Shown here: positions 17,794 through 28,739 of the stretch, piece after piece | Numbering within the stretch: the first letter of the stretch is position 1 | How the letters are laid out: every line of letters begins with the position of its first letter | Notes under the pieces: model-generated | Seen by the model: the letters and a program-made list of their open reading frames with translations, nothing else | What the model was told of the DNA's origin: nothing | Databases searched by the model: none | Translations under genes and position numbers: made by a program | Assembly (NCBI GenBank): GCA_026417415.1 | Contig: JAOADG010000024.1 | Span: 11,678-75,677 of the forward strand | From: a bacterium | GTDB lineage: Bacteria > Electryoneota > JAOADG01 | Length of the DNA: 64,000 nt | Direction: 5' to 3'

Positions 17794-20070
17794 ATGAAAC
17801 ATCGCTATTTTATCATCCTACTTTGTCTTTTGAATGGCATCGTATATCCAATTTTTGCTCGTGATGATTATGCAATGAAAGTTGAACACGATACTACCGA
17901 AGTGACTAAGTCCGTTTTAATGCCAGAAATTGTTGTTTCAGCGGGTCGTGTCGGACAAAGATCTTCGGTCACCTATACCAATATGGATGCGAATGAAATT
18001 TCCAAAAACCACACAGTAACCGATTTACCATTGGTTCTTAATACCATCCCTAATTTATTTAGTTATTCGGAAGCAGGTAGTTTGATGGGATACAGTTACT
18101 TGCGATTACGTGGTTTCGATCAGTCCAAAGTTGCAGTGTTGGTGAATGGAATGCCGCTGAATGATCCTGAATCTCATTTTGTGTATTGGGTGGATTTGCC
18201 TGATATTGCAAGTTCAGCACAAGACATTCAAGTCCAAAGAGGGGCAGGACAAAGTGGTCTCGGTTTTTCTCCATTTGGTGGTGCAATCAATATCGCTACC
18301 CTTCAATCTTCCCCTTGGAATTTGAAATTAGAAATGGGTTATGGAAACTGGAACACACGAAAACGATCCATTCAATATTACAGTGGGTTAATCAACAATC
18401 AATGGAGTTTTATCGGGCGGTATTCTAAACTTAATAGTGATGGGTATCGTGATGACAGTTGGTCAGAACTTTGGAGTGCTTATTTATCAATCATCAGAAA
18501 ACATTCAAAAGGTGAAGACCAATTCAACGTCATTCTTGGTAATGAAAGGTTACATCTGGCCTATTATGGAGTACCAATTGATAGTATTTATGCAAGATCA
18601 AAGTACAATCCACTTACTGCACCAATTCCACAAACTGACCAATTTTACCAACCTCATTACCAATGGGTCAATTCTTTCCAAATATCCGAAAACATCAAAT
18701 ATGAACACACATTTTATCTCTCTCAAGGAAAAGGCAGTTACGTGCAGTGGAAACCACAAACAAGGTTGTCGCGATATGGGTTAGGACCGTTTACGGTTCG
18801 TAGTTCAAGTGGAACCGATTCGACCATTTCAAAAGCAGATTTAATCACTGAAAAATGGGTTGCAATGGAACAAATAGGATATTTTCCATCGTTACACCTC
18901 AAAAACGAAATGGGGGATTGGATTGGTGATGTTGAAATTCGAAAAAATGTTGCAAGTCATTGGGGAGTGGTAAATTGGGCAAATCTTGTTCCACCTGATG
19001 CAGAACCAACACCCGAATGGTATAGATGGCGAAGTGTAAAAGAATATCTGGGGTTAGGGTTACGAGCCGATATCAAACTTACTGATCATTTGATGTTTAG
19101 TCCTTCAGTCACTTCACGTTATATCAGTTACTCCATTGATCAAAGAGTAGGACGAAATGTCCAACTTTATCCTGGCCACAATACACAAGCCAATTGGTTT
19201 TTCTTTTTACCGAAAATTGGGTTAACTTTTGAACGCCCAGAAGTGAACCTAATTTCACGGTTTAGTATTTCAAAGAGCGCACGTGAGCCCAATCAATCTC
19301 AATTGTTTGAAGCAAGCGATGGCGTACCACCAAACTTTAAGAAAAACAATGGCCGTTATTGGGAAGACCCCATCGCGAAACCAGAAGAATTAACATCAAT
19401 CGAGTTGGGTGTCAAATGGCTTCCAAATCCAAAAGTATTTCTAGATGTAGCGATATACCATCACTTATTCCAGAATGAAATTGTACCGATTGGTGGGTTA
19501 AATGAATTGGGTGAACCCATTGTAGGGAATGCAAAATCTTCTTATCAAACTGGGATTGAAATCGAAGGAGCAGTTCAACTTAATCCGCAACTCGTCTGGA
19601 AAGGGAACATTAGCGCAGCACAAGCCAAGTTTTCTGATTTTACCGTGTATGATCAACAATTGGATGCGAACTGGGATCCAGTAAATACAGTAGCCACAAA
19701 ATTAGATGGAAATGATGTTCCCTATGTTCCCAAGATGATTACCAATTCTACTTTTGAATACAACTTAAAACAGTTAACCATCTGGACTTCTACTCGATAT
19801 GTAGGTAAGATACCTATGAACATGAGAGGGGATAAAAAACTTGTACAACCCCCTTATAGTACTACAGGGATTGGAGTACAATACAATGTAAATATCAGCA
19901 AAGAATTGCAACTAACATTTGATACAAGAGTAAACAATGTGTTTGATAGAAAATATGCCGCAGGAGGATATTTCTATGAGTATCCTTCACCTGACGGTGT
20001 TGTGCAGGTAGTTGATTACTTCCCCGGTACACCGAGGAATTATTGGTTAGGTGTTTCAATCAAACTTTAA
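17794..20070 (+). CDS. TonB-dependent outer-membrane receptor (likely thiamine/precursor uptake)
   Basis: Signal peptide; TonB-box-like PEIVVSAG; plug-domain motifs (LRLRGFDQSKVAVLVNGMPLND); long beta-barrel. Sits under the TPP riboswitch. Confidence 0.8.
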   Translation: MKHRYFIILLCLLNGIVYPIFARDDYAMKVEHDTTEVTKSVLMPEIVVSAGRVGQRSSVTYTNMDANEISKNHTVTDLPLVLNTIPNLFSYSEAGSLMGYSYLRLRGFDQSKVAVLVNGMPLNDPESHFVYWVDLPDIASSAQDIQVQRGAGQSGLGFSPFGGAINIATLQSSPWNLKLEMGYGNWNTRKRSIQYYSGLINNQWSFIGRYSKLNSDGYRDDSWSELWSAYLSIIRKHSKGEDQFNVILGNERLHLAYYGVPIDSIYARSKYNPLTAPIPQTDQFYQPHYQWVNSFQISENIKYEHTFYLSQGKGSYVQWKPQTRLSRYGLGPFTVRSSSGTDSTISKADLITEKWVAMEQIGYFPSLHLKNEMGDWIGDVEIRKNVASHWGVVNWANLVPPDAEPTPEWYRWRSVKEYLGLGLRADIKLTDHLMFSPSVTSRYISYSIDQRVGRNVQLYPGHNTQANWFFFLPKIGLTFERPEVNLISRFSISKSAREPNQSQLFEASDGVPPNFKKNNGRYWEDPIAKPEELTSIELGVKWLPNPKVFLDVAIYHHLFQNEIVPIGGLNELGEPIVGNAKSSYQTGIEIEGAVQLNPQLVWKGNISAAQAKFSDFTVYDQQLDANWDPVNTVATKLDGNDVPYVPKMITNSTFEYNLKQLTIWTSTRYVGKIPMNMRGDKKLVQPPYSTTGIGVQYNVNISKELQLTFDTRVNNVFDRKYAAGGYFYEYPSPDGVVQVVDYFPGTPRNYWLGVSIKL

Positions 20071-20091
20071 TGAACGTATGGTAAGGAGAAA

Positions 20092-20120
20092 AGGACGGTC
20101 AAAAAACCGTCCTTTTTGTT
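20092..20120 (+). terminator. Rho-independent terminator after TonB-dependent receptor
   Basis: GGACGG-loop-CCGTCC hairpin plus TTTTTGTTT. Confidence 0.7.
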
Positions 20121-20186
20121 TGTATAGTGGAATTCAAACAAAGAACAATTTAAATTACTACAAAATTGTAGCACAATGAGGCACAA

Positions 20187-22640
20187 ATGATAAACATCAA
20201 ACAAGGACTTCTTTTGTTTGTTTACCTCCTATCCATTTCTTTTGCTTGGGCAACTATCAATGAAAAACTTCTTATCGGAACCAAAAGGTATCGCTTTTAT
20301 GCAGATCATAAATTGATCCAACGTTTAGAACTAGATTACAAAGGTGTCATAGTTGATGAAGCCACTCGGTTCGGTGAAGCAGTGATCTGGGCAGATCCAA
20401 TATCCTATCAACAATTGACAGCAGCAGGTTTTGCTTTAGAGGAATATCCAGAAGAACCTTTGCCATTTGACTGGTGGACCGTTTATCCCACAATCCAACA
20501 AGTATCTGATTCGTTAGTTGCATTAGCACAAAGACACCCGAATCGTGCCAGAGTAGATACCATTGGCATCTCCATACAAAATCGTCCTTTGGTTGCAATA
20601 ACACTTGGCGACAACATCAATCAACCGAATTTTCAAAACCGTCCTACCATCATGTTCATTGGTTGTATTCATGGGAATGAAAAACCAGGTGCTCCGTTGT
20701 TGTTGAATTATGCAGAGTTTTTACTGGATTCGTCAGAATATCATGCAACAGCAAATCGAATTATGGCTGAGTGTAGAACCTTAATTTTACCTGTTGCGAA
20801 TCCTGATGGATACAATGCACATACTCGCGGTAACGCAGCAGGAAGTGACTTAAATCGAAATTTCCCTTGTAAAACCACAGCAGATAGTATCGATTCAGAA
20901 GATGGAAGACAACCTGAAACCAGAGCATTGATGAGATGGAGTCATCAACAAAAACCTTTATTATCATTGAATTTTCACACTGGTGCACTGGTTGTCAACT
21001 GGCCTTATGATAGTGATATAGATGCTGGAGCGGCAGCATCTTATCCACCATTTCCAGATAAACCATGGTATCAAGCAGCAGCTGATAGTTATGCTTTTTA
21101 TAATCCACCCATGTGGGCAAACAACGGAAGTGGATTTCGGAATGGGACTGTGAACGGAGTGGCATGGTATCAAGCACCCGGAAGTTTACAAGATTATCAT
21201 TGCCGTTATGTGAATACCAGACACATGACCATAGAACTTAACAGTACCTCAACACCACCGGCAACTTGGTTACCAACGATGTGGGAAACCAATCGGAACA
21301 GCATTCTGGTATTCAGTTCACTTATCTGGCAAGGGATTGACTTGGTGGTACCTAACCTATCATTGCAAATGGATAATCTGTATTGTGATGTTGGGTTTGG
21401 AACTGCACAATACTTGCGAATTGGCAATACCAATACCTTCCGCTTATTGTTGTTAGAAGGTTCGTATTTACCAAGACTTTACAGACCTTTGCGTTGGAGC
21501 ACCGTATCTATTAATGAACTTAATCGTGTACAGGTGAATCGAAATCAATTGATGGTGATAACACGTAACTTGCAAGAAAGGAATCTCGCAAATTCTGGTT
21601 TATTTCAAGTTTATTTACCCAATGGAGAACTATTCGGGTCAAGCAATTTTAATGAAAATCAATATTTATTATTTCAAGAAAACAATGCTACTTGGTCCAC
21701 CTATTCAATGCAAAACTTAGGATTAAATTTGGTTGACTCGGTTGGAAACATTGCAGAAAGAAGTTGGTTGTTAAGAGAAAATATTCCCAATGGAAGTTTA
21801 ATTTGTATTCCAAATGCTACAGGAGATATTGGCAATAGCGGATATTTTAACGCTTTAATTGTTTCGCGATCCTTCAACGATACTGCTCGTTTTGGTTCAG
21901 GTGATGCTTTACAAATCACTACCAATGGAAGACAGTCCAACGGATTGTCTGAATCTCCTGTTGGAAATTATGGTAACAATTGGAACAGAAGATTTTATTT
22001 TAATCCCTTTATCGTACCCACATCAGCAAGTATAGGAATACCTAATACTTTAGCCGATTGTTTCGATACAATTCCGAAAGTAAGAGTATCCTTTCAATAT
22101 CGTGGAAATATGGAAACCTATTTTGATTATTGGGTAGTGGTCTATACCATTAACAACGGACCAAACATAGTTGCAGATACCTTGACAGGAATTGTACCAA
22201 ATTGGAAAACCTTTTACTTTGATATTCCTATTCAAGTTCCTTCACCAACCATACGTGTGGGTATTGTGGTTTCAACAGATGGATCTGTAACCAGAGATGG
22301 ATTTACATTAGATGATTTTTCTGTTACAGCAATGTACACTTATACTACAGAAACAAGAGAATCGGATGAGTTATTACCCCATGAATTTTCAATCCAATGT
22401 TTTCCAAACCCATTTAACAATACAGCAAAAGTTCTTTTCACACTTCCTGTTTATGGAGAACTGAACATTCAGTTATACGATCCGCTGGGTAGAGTAGTAA
22501 GAAATTTCAATAGTGGTTATCAAAATGCTGGGACTTATGGGTACCATCTGAACTCGGATGATTTGAGCAGTGGTGTCTATTTTTTACGAGCCCAGCACAA
22601 TGAGAAAATAAAAGTCCAAAAAATTGCTATTCTTAAGTAA
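20187..22640 (+). CDS. M14 zinc carboxypeptidase with T9SS C-terminal sorting domain
   Basis: Signal peptide; M14 motifs FIGCIHGNEKPG and NFHTGALVVNWPYD; C-terminal CFPNPFNNTAKVLF...KIAILK. Confidence 0.8.
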   Translation: MINIKQGLLLFVYLLSISFAWATINEKLLIGTKRYRFYADHKLIQRLELDYKGVIVDEATRFGEAVIWADPISYQQLTAAGFALEEYPEEPLPFDWWTVYPTIQQVSDSLVALAQRHPNRARVDTIGISIQNRPLVAITLGDNINQPNFQNRPTIMFIGCIHGNEKPGAPLLLNYAEFLLDSSEYHATANRIMAECRTLILPVANPDGYNAHTRGNAAGSDLNRNFPCKTTADSIDSEDGRQPETRALMRWSHQQKPLLSLNFHTGALVVNWPYDSDIDAGAAASYPPFPDKPWYQAAADSYAFYNPPMWANNGSGFRNGTVNGVAWYQAPGSLQDYHCRYVNTRHMTIELNSTSTPPATWLPTMWETNRNSILVFSSLIWQGIDLVVPNLSLQMDNLYCDVGFGTAQYLRIGNTNTFRLLLLEGSYLPRLYRPLRWSTVSINELNRVQVNRNQLMVITRNLQERNLANSGLFQVYLPNGELFGSSNFNENQYLLFQENNATWSTYSMQNLGLNLVDSVGNIAERSWLLRENIPNGSLICIPNATGDIGNSGYFNALIVSRSFNDTARFGSGDALQITTNGRQSNGLSESPVGNYGNNWNRRFYFNPFIVPTSASIGIPNTLADCFDTIPKVRVSFQYRGNMETYFDYWVVVYTINNGPNIVADTLTGIVPNWKTFYFDIPIQVPSPTIRVGIVVSTDGSVTRDGFTLDDFSVTAMYTYTTETRESDELLPHEFSIQCFPNPFNNTAKVLFTLPVYGELNIQLYDPLGRVVRNFNSGYQNAGTYGYHLNSDDLSSGVYFLRAQHNEKIKVQKIAILK

Positions 22641-22688
22641 CGTAAACCATTTCTAAAAAAGAAAAAAACAAGTGAGATGAAATAAAAA

Positions 22689-22712
22689 AGCCGAATGGAA
22701 CACCATTCGGCT
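22689..22712. terminator. bidirectional intrinsic terminator between convergent M14 peptidase and maeB
   Basis: 10-bp stem AGCCGAATGG/CCATTCGGCT with loop AACA; T-runs on both strands. Confidence 0.65.
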
Positions 22713-22735
22713 TTCTGTTTCAAAAACTAAAAAAT

Positions 22736-25015
22736 TTACAACGTTGCGTCAACAGCCGCAAATGCAGCGATATTAACAATCTCGCTAACTTCGCAACTTC
22801 GTTGCAATACGTGAACACTTTTACCCATTCCCATTAAAATTGGACCAATGGGTTCTGCTCTTCCTAAGCGAATTAGTAACTTGTAAGCGATATTTCCACT
22901 GGTCATATCCGGGAAAATCAGAGTATTCGGTTCACTGCCATTTAAGAATGAAAACGGATAGGTTCTAGATAGTAGTTCTGGAGTGGTTGCGGTATCTGCT
23001 TGCATTTCACCATCAATAACGATATCGGGACGACGTTCACGGACAATATTGACTGCAGTACGTACCATTTTCGCTTTCGGATGAACAACACTACCAAAGT
23101 TTGAAAAGCTTAGCATCGCCACTTTTGGTTCTATATTGAAATGCTTTTTCACAGTATCTGCAGCTAAAATTGCAATCTCTGCTAAATCTTCAGGTGTATT
23201 AAGGTCAATGTTTACAGTGGTATCTGCTAAAAAGAACGTTTTATCCTTAAACACCAAGGCATAGAGTCCTGAAACATTTTTCACTCCCTCTTTCTTGGGT
23301 AATAATTGTAACGCTGGACGCAAGGTATCTGGATAATGTTGTGAGACACCAGCAACCATCGCATCAGCTTTTCCTAAACGAACCAAGATAGCAGCCAAAT
23401 AGTTGGGATTTTCAAGGAGTCGTTTGGCTTCATAAAGCGTCACACCGCGACGTTGACGTTTTGCCCAAAGCTCGTGAACATATTGATCCAATTCTTCCTG
23501 TGGCAATTGCTTGTAATCAATGATGGTACAACCATTTAAATTGAGATTCATTTTTTCTTGTTTAGTTCGGATGATATCCGAGTCACCAATTAAAACTGGA
23601 ATACAAATTTTTTCATCAATCAATTGAGCAGCTGCTCTTAAGATTTTATCGTGTTCACCTTCTGGGAATACCACTTTTTTAAGGTGTAATTTCGCTCGAT
23701 TGACAAACATTCTTGTAATTTCGCGACTGTGTCCTAATAAGCTTTCCAAATGGTCGCGATACTTATCAAAATCTTCTATTGGTTTACGAGCAACTCCACT
23801 TTCACAAGCTGCTTTTGCCACCGCTACTGCTTCCCATAGTAAGACACGATGATCCAACGGTTTTGGAATTAAATAATCTTTCCCAAAGGTCAATTTTTCA
23901 ACACCATATGCTGCACAAACATAATCCGGTACGTCTTGTTTCGCTAAAGCAGCCAGTGAATAGGTTGCTGCAATTTTCATCTCTTCGTTAATTTGAGAAG
24001 CATGGCAATCCAAAGCACCACGGAAGATAAAAGGAAATCCTAATACATTGTTTACTTGATTGGGATAATCGCTACGTCCGGTGGCCATAATGACGTCGGA
24101 TCGTGCGTCCAATGCATCTGGATAAGAAATTTCTGGATTTGGGTTAGCCATTGCCATGATGATTGGATCTTTAGCCATGGAACGAGCCATTTCTTTTGAC
24201 ACTACATTGGCAACTGAACAACCACAAAATACATCCGAATCTTTCATAGCATCTGCTAAAGTCCTAGCATTGGTATCGTTGGCAAAATAGGCCTTGTATT
24301 TATTGTACTTTGGATGAGAAGGATCCAAATCTTCGCGGCCTTTATACAAGACCCCTTTAGTATCACAAAGAATGATATTTTCTAATTTGACTCCTAATGC
24401 TTCATACATTTTTGCACATGCAATTCCGGAAGCACCTGCACCATTAACGACCAACTTGATTTTGGTAATATCTTTTCCAACAAGTTCCAATCCATTGATT
24501 AACGCTGCACCGGAAATGATTGCTGTTCCATGTTGATCATCATGAAAAACCGGAATCTTCATCGTTGCCTTAAGCGTTTCTTCTATATAAAAACAAGCAG
24601 GAGCAGCAATGTCTTCTAAATTAATTCCGCCAAAAGTGGGCTCTAACAATTGACAAACTTTAATCACTTCATCTGGATCGCGGCTATCAATTTCTATATC
24701 AAACACATCTACATCCGCAAACCGCTTAAATAAAACCCCTTTCCCTTCCATAACCGGCTTACCGGCTAATGCTCCAATATCACCTAAACCCAATACTGCA
24801 GTTCCGTTTGAAACCACGGCAACTAAGTTTCCTTTTGCAGTATATAAATAAGCAAGTGAAGGGTCCTTTTCTATCCGTAAACACGGTTCTGCAACGCCAG
24901 GTGAATATGCCAAGGTGAGGTCACGTTGAGTCAAGCAAGGTTTCGTGGGAATGACTTCAATTTTGCCTTTTCTACCGCGGGCATGGTATTCTAATGCTTC
25001 TTGAAACAAATCCAT
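22736..25015 (-). CDS. maeB: NADP-dependent malic enzyme (malic enzyme domain fused to phosphotransacetylase-like domain)
   Basis: 759 aa. Malic enzyme N-terminal motifs and a C-terminal PTA-like domain. Confidence 0.9.
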   Translation of the reverse strand: MDLFQEALEYHARGRKGKIEVIPTKPCLTQRDLTLAYSPGVAEPCLRIEKDPSLAYLYTAKGNLVAVVSNGTAVLGLGDIGALAGKPVMEGKGVLFKRFADVDVFDIEIDSRDPDEVIKVCQLLEPTFGGINLEDIAAPACFYIEETLKATMKIPVFHDDQHGTAIISGAALINGLELVGKDITKIKLVVNGAGASGIACAKMYEALGVKLENIILCDTKGVLYKGREDLDPSHPKYNKYKAYFANDTNARTLADAMKDSDVFCGCSVANVVSKEMARSMAKDPIIMAMANPNPEISYPDALDARSDVIMATGRSDYPNQVNNVLGFPFIFRGALDCHASQINEEMKIAATYSLAALAKQDVPDYVCAAYGVEKLTFGKDYLIPKPLDHRVLLWEAVAVAKAACESGVARKPIEDFDKYRDHLESLLGHSREITRMFVNRAKLHLKKVVFPEGEHDKILRAAAQLIDEKICIPVLIGDSDIIRTKQEKMNLNLNGCTIIDYKQLPQEELDQYVHELWAKRQRRGVTLYEAKRLLENPNYLAAILVRLGKADAMVAGVSQHYPDTLRPALQLLPKKEGVKNVSGLYALVFKDKTFFLADTTVNIDLNTPEDLAEIAILAADTVKKHFNIEPKVAMLSFSNFGSVVHPKAKMVRTAVNIVRERRPDIVIDGEMQADTATTPELLSRTYPFSFLNGSEPNTLIFPDMTSGNIAYKLLIRLGRAEPIGPILMGMGKSVHVLQRSCEVSEIVNIAAFAAVDATL

Positions 25016-25143
25016 AAGATACTCCAGAGTAAATTTGTGAAACGTCCTTATAGAAGAATATTGAGAATCTAATCAGTGTGAAATTAAGTAGATAAAACAA
25101 AATAGTGAATACTTACACAAACTCCAAAGCGAAAGAGTAGAAA

Positions 25144-25512
25144 TTATTGACGATGGCTATGTTCATACAAAAAATCGGCTAAATATTTAAGATCGATCGG
25201 TTTCGTGATATAATCGGTGGCACCAATTTTAATGGCATCTCTTGCTACACTTAGATCATGTAATGCAGTAATCATCAGAACAGTTACATGTGAATCAATC
25301 TCCCGAATTTCTCGAAGTGTCTCAAGTCCACTCATTTCAGGCATGATGATGTCAAGTAAGATATAATGAGGTGAAAATTCTTTGGTTATTTCAATAGCAC
25401 TCTTTCCATTATAAGCCGTTTTTACCTCATAACCGTGTTCTTTTAGGAATCGACTTAAAATTTCACAAATATCAGGTTCATCGTCAACGACAAGAATGCG
25501 TTTAGTGTTCAT
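25144..25512 (-). CDS. single-domain response regulator (CheY-like receiver)
   Basis: ILVVDDEPDI... with conserved D and K. ATG at 25512 preferred over the track's TTG at 25557. Confidence 0.75.
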   Translation of the reverse strand: MNTKRILVVDDEPDICEILSRFLKEHGYEVKTAYNGKSAIEITKEFSPHYILLDIIMPEMSGLETLREIREIDSHVTVLMITALHDLSVARDAIKIGATDYITKPIDLKYLADFLYEHSHRQ

Positions 25513-25607
25513 AAAGAAACCCAATTGATTTGGACAATACAAAAACAAAATAAACAATTAGGTTTATAATGGCAAACAAATTTAACCCAAATACAATTTG
25601 AGTACAT

Positions 25608-27254
25608 CTATTGTGAAGCCCACCATGCCATGATAAACAGACATTGTGCGTTGTTTCCAATCGTGGGTTCATTGGTCAAAAAGTCCTGATAATCATCATA
25701 ATAAACAACGGTGTCATTTTGAAAAGCGGCAAATCTATCTTTACTCTCACGTACAATTTGAAAAGGCGCATAAGCACTTTTAGAAATAAACCCTCCCATA
25801 ATCGCTGCAGGCAAAGAGATCTTTTTTAGGTAAGCAATTTGGTGGTGAGGATATTTTGGATATTCATTCCCTGAATTGGTAATGAAAGAAACACCTAAAT
25901 GATTACACCCTAAAATAAAATCGCGTTGTTTACTTGCCAAACCAAGAAATGATCGTTTTCCAGTGGCTTTGGCGTACAAGATAGATAGTAAAGCGACTCC
26001 TGTTTGTACAGAAGCAGAACCCCAAGGATAAACAGAAAGTGGGTAACCGAATGGATTCGAATTTGACATATTTAAAAACTCATTTAGTACATTTTCTACA
26101 CGTTCTGCGCTCTTACTATCATATTCAGCAAACCGTGCATCAGCAAGCACAGTCAAATCCCCCCAAGAAAACCAAGTAATCATCGGCAAAGTATCTAAAA
26201 TAGATTTTGCTAAAGAAAAATACTCGCGGTTTTTCGTTGCACGATAGAGCTCCACTGCGGCCAATGCTAAATTGTCAGAAAAAGTATTATCCACATAAGC
26301 AGAATCTGCTTCAGATGTATAATTCGGAATGTTGGTAGAACACATTTGAAACAAACTTTGAGCGCGTGAAAGATACTCCTTTGCGATTTGATCTTCACCC
26401 ATTTGCCGAAAAACGCTGCTTGCAAGAGCAAACGTTGCAGAACTATAAGCACAATGAACTTTAGAAGGACGATTGTAACCAAATCTCGGGTGACTATCTT
26501 GTTCTGGTAAACGCCAATTTGTTCCTTTATCATTGGGATCACTAACTTGAGTGATGATTTGTAGATCTTGAAAGTGCGCTTTTTGTAACCATCGCAAGCC
26601 CACCATTGCTTCATCTAGTATATCTGCACGATGGTTGCTATTTCCATCATAAAACACCCTCGGAAAATATTGATAACTAAGTAGTAACAAATATGTAGTA
26701 TGAGCAATCGTTAAGGTAAATTTTCTATAATCTCCTGCATCATGCCAACCACCTGTTAAATCCAATTGAAGCGGATTGTTACTTGAACCTATTACGGAAG
26801 GTACATCGGTAAGATGGCAGGGTTGGTGATAATTTGAGAGTTCCGTTCCACAACGTTGGACCTCAAAAAATTTAAGTAGAGAATCAACTAACGGAAGGTA
26901 AAGCGAATTTTCAATTCGAAACTCATTTGAACGAATGCGACCGATGCGGATATGAAAGACACCATCTGATTGAAAATTTGAAAAATCAATGTGGTAGTGA
27001 TGTGGAAATCCTAAGTAAGATCCCAAATCGTTGCTCAACAATCCCTCATAAACCGTTTTACGTTGCTGAAAAATTTTGAATTCTGTGGTTCGTATTGGAG
27101 TACGTGACATCAACACAGCAATTTTACTATCGTATGGTAAATAGCCAATTTGGTTGACCCGTATCCAAGCATCTTCTTTTGATACTACGGCACCACAACC
27201 ATTGAGTAAGAAAAAGAAGATGAATAAAAAATTGAATGTATATTTCAATGACAT
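25608..27254 (-). CDS. glycoside hydrolase family 9 lipoprotein with N-terminal Ig-like (CelD_N-type) domain
   Basis: GH9 catalytic signature GGWHDAGDY; N-terminal Ig-like segment; lipoprotein signal LLNGC when started at ATG 27254 (track start 27293 is GTG). Confidence 0.75.
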   Translation of the reverse strand: MSLKYTFNFLFIFFFLLNGCGAVVSKEDAWIRVNQIGYLPYDSKIAVLMSRTPIRTTEFKIFQQRKTVYEGLLSNDLGSYLGFPHHYHIDFSNFQSDGVFHIRIGRIRSNEFRIENSLYLPLVDSLLKFFEVQRCGTELSNYHQPCHLTDVPSVIGSSNNPLQLDLTGGWHDAGDYRKFTLTIAHTTYLLLLSYQYFPRVFYDGNSNHRADILDEAMVGLRWLQKAHFQDLQIITQVSDPNDKGTNWRLPEQDSHPRFGYNRPSKVHCAYSSATFALASSVFRQMGEDQIAKEYLSRAQSLFQMCSTNIPNYTSEADSAYVDNTFSDNLALAAVELYRATKNREYFSLAKSILDTLPMITWFSWGDLTVLADARFAEYDSKSAERVENVLNEFLNMSNSNPFGYPLSVYPWGSASVQTGVALLSILYAKATGKRSFLGLASKQRDFILGCNHLGVSFITNSGNEYPKYPHHQIAYLKKISLPAAIMGGFISKSAYAPFQIVRESKDRFAAFQNDTVVYYDDYQDFLTNEPTIGNNAQCLFIMAWWASQ

Positions 27255-27261
27255 ACTGTTA

Positions 27262-28005
27262 TCACTTCTTGTTTGTTTGTTTAACGATGCCACCTAATTG
27301 ATAAAGTGGATGATCAAATTCAGTCAAAACCATTTTTTCCCATCTAATGCGTTGGGGATATCCAGTATCTTTAGGAAATTCCCAACGTGATTCAAGCAAT
27401 CTTGCCATTGGAGAGCGGATTTCAGTGGGCTCCTTGACAATTGCCACAGAATACCACAAAGAATCACATCGAGTAGTCGGATTGTACTCCCACAATGGAA
27501 TGGGTCTCGTTTCTCGAAATGGATAGAAAAGTACGGATTTTCCCCATACAATTTCAATTCTAGGAAAAAAAGTAGAATCGCTAATAAAATGTTCTCCTGA
27601 AGCTAAAATGGGTTGCTCAATCCATCGTTGTATCGTATGCTGCTGGAAATACAATTTGAAACTATCTATCCAATGGAGTTGAGCTGTATTGGCCAATCGT
27701 TCCGACATTCGTATCCGATCGAAACAGATGGAATGCAATTGGGTAAGAATCTGAAAATACTCTTCTTGTTTATTTGTCAATTCCTTCTTGGTGAAAAAGC
27801 AATTCCACTCTGCAATTTTACATTGCCAATAAGCAATTGCAATTCCTAAACGGTACATTTCTGCAACAAATTCTTTTTCAGACAGTTGCAAATCTTCCCA
27901 ACGTAGAAAATCATTTGCTACTTGTTTTGGAGGTTTTTTAGAACAAGAAAAAAGCAGAATTGAAAGGATAAACCAACAAAGAATAGTTTTTTCTGATCGC
28001 TTCAT
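27262..28005 (-). CDS. hypothetical lipoprotein (247 aa)
   Basis: Lipoprotein signal LLFSC. Stop lies 8 nt upstream of the GH9 start. No motif recognised. Confidence 0.55.
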   Translation of the reverse strand: MKRSEKTILCWFILSILLFSCSKKPPKQVANDFLRWEDLQLSEKEFVAEMYRLGIAIAYWQCKIAEWNCFFTKKELTNKQEEYFQILTQLHSICFDRIRMSERLANTAQLHWIDSFKLYFQQHTIQRWIEQPILASGEHFISDSTFFPRIEIVWGKSVLFYPFRETRPIPLWEYNPTTRCDSLWYSVAIVKEPTEIRSPMARLLESRWEFPKDTGYPQRIRWEKMVLTEFDHPLYQLGGIVKQTNKK

Positions 28006-28739
28006 TTAGTTTTTGATAAGACAAGAAAATGGCTTATTGCAAGTAAAGGACAATGTGTATAGTCATTACGAAAAATCGTTTGACGTAAACATTTTTGAAG
28101 AAACGTCCAACGAATTACATCCATTGTAGCGGTAACATAAACGTGTTGATCTACTTTTAATCCTACCGATTGTACCAATTGGATTATTCTTCTTTTTGAA
28201 TAAATTCTTGCATTTGCAACTTTTTCGTGAATCGAGGTAGGTAACCAACTAACTAAATACGGAATCCGATTCCATGGTACTTTCTTTAGCAAACCTTGGC
28301 TTTTACAACCGTGAGTTTCAAATATCCACCATTTATTGGGTACAGTAAGAATAATTTTTCCCTGATCTTTCAATACACGTTTCATTTCTAACATTGCTTT
28401 TTGATCATTGGTCACATGTTCCAACACTTCAAAGCAAGTAATTAAATCAAAGGTTGAATCAGAGAAAGGGATTTTTTCTGCTGATCCATATTGCACGTCA
28501 ACTGATGGAAGTAACTGCTTTGCAATTTGTATATTCTCTAAAGATAGATCAATCGCTGTTACAAAAGAGGATTGTTTTAATAAATACGCAGTTTGTGCGC
28601 CATTCCCACACCCAACATCCAAAACACTTCCCCAATCTGTGTGGGGTAAAAAAAGACGCATTAAGTTCCATCGCCTCTCTAAAATAAACCATCCCCTATT
28701 TGCTGGTTGACCCAATGCAAATGTTGGTGAATATCTCAT
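28002..28739 (-). CDS. class I SAM-dependent methyltransferase (type 11/23-like)
   Basis: Motif I VLDVGCGNG and post-I acidic residue. ATGA overlaps with both neighbours. Confidence 0.75.
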   Translation of the reverse strand: MRYSPTFALGQPANRGWFILERRWNLMRLFLPHTDWGSVLDVGCGNGAQTAYLLKQSSFVTAIDLSLENIQIAKQLLPSVDVQYGSAEKIPFSDSTFDLITCFEVLEHVTNDQKAMLEMKRVLKDQGKIILTVPNKWWIFETHGCKSQGLLKKVPWNRIPYLVSWLPTSIHEKVANARIYSKRRIIQLVQSVGLKVDQHVYVTATMDVIRWTFLQKCLRQTIFRNDYTHCPLLAISHFLVLSKTK

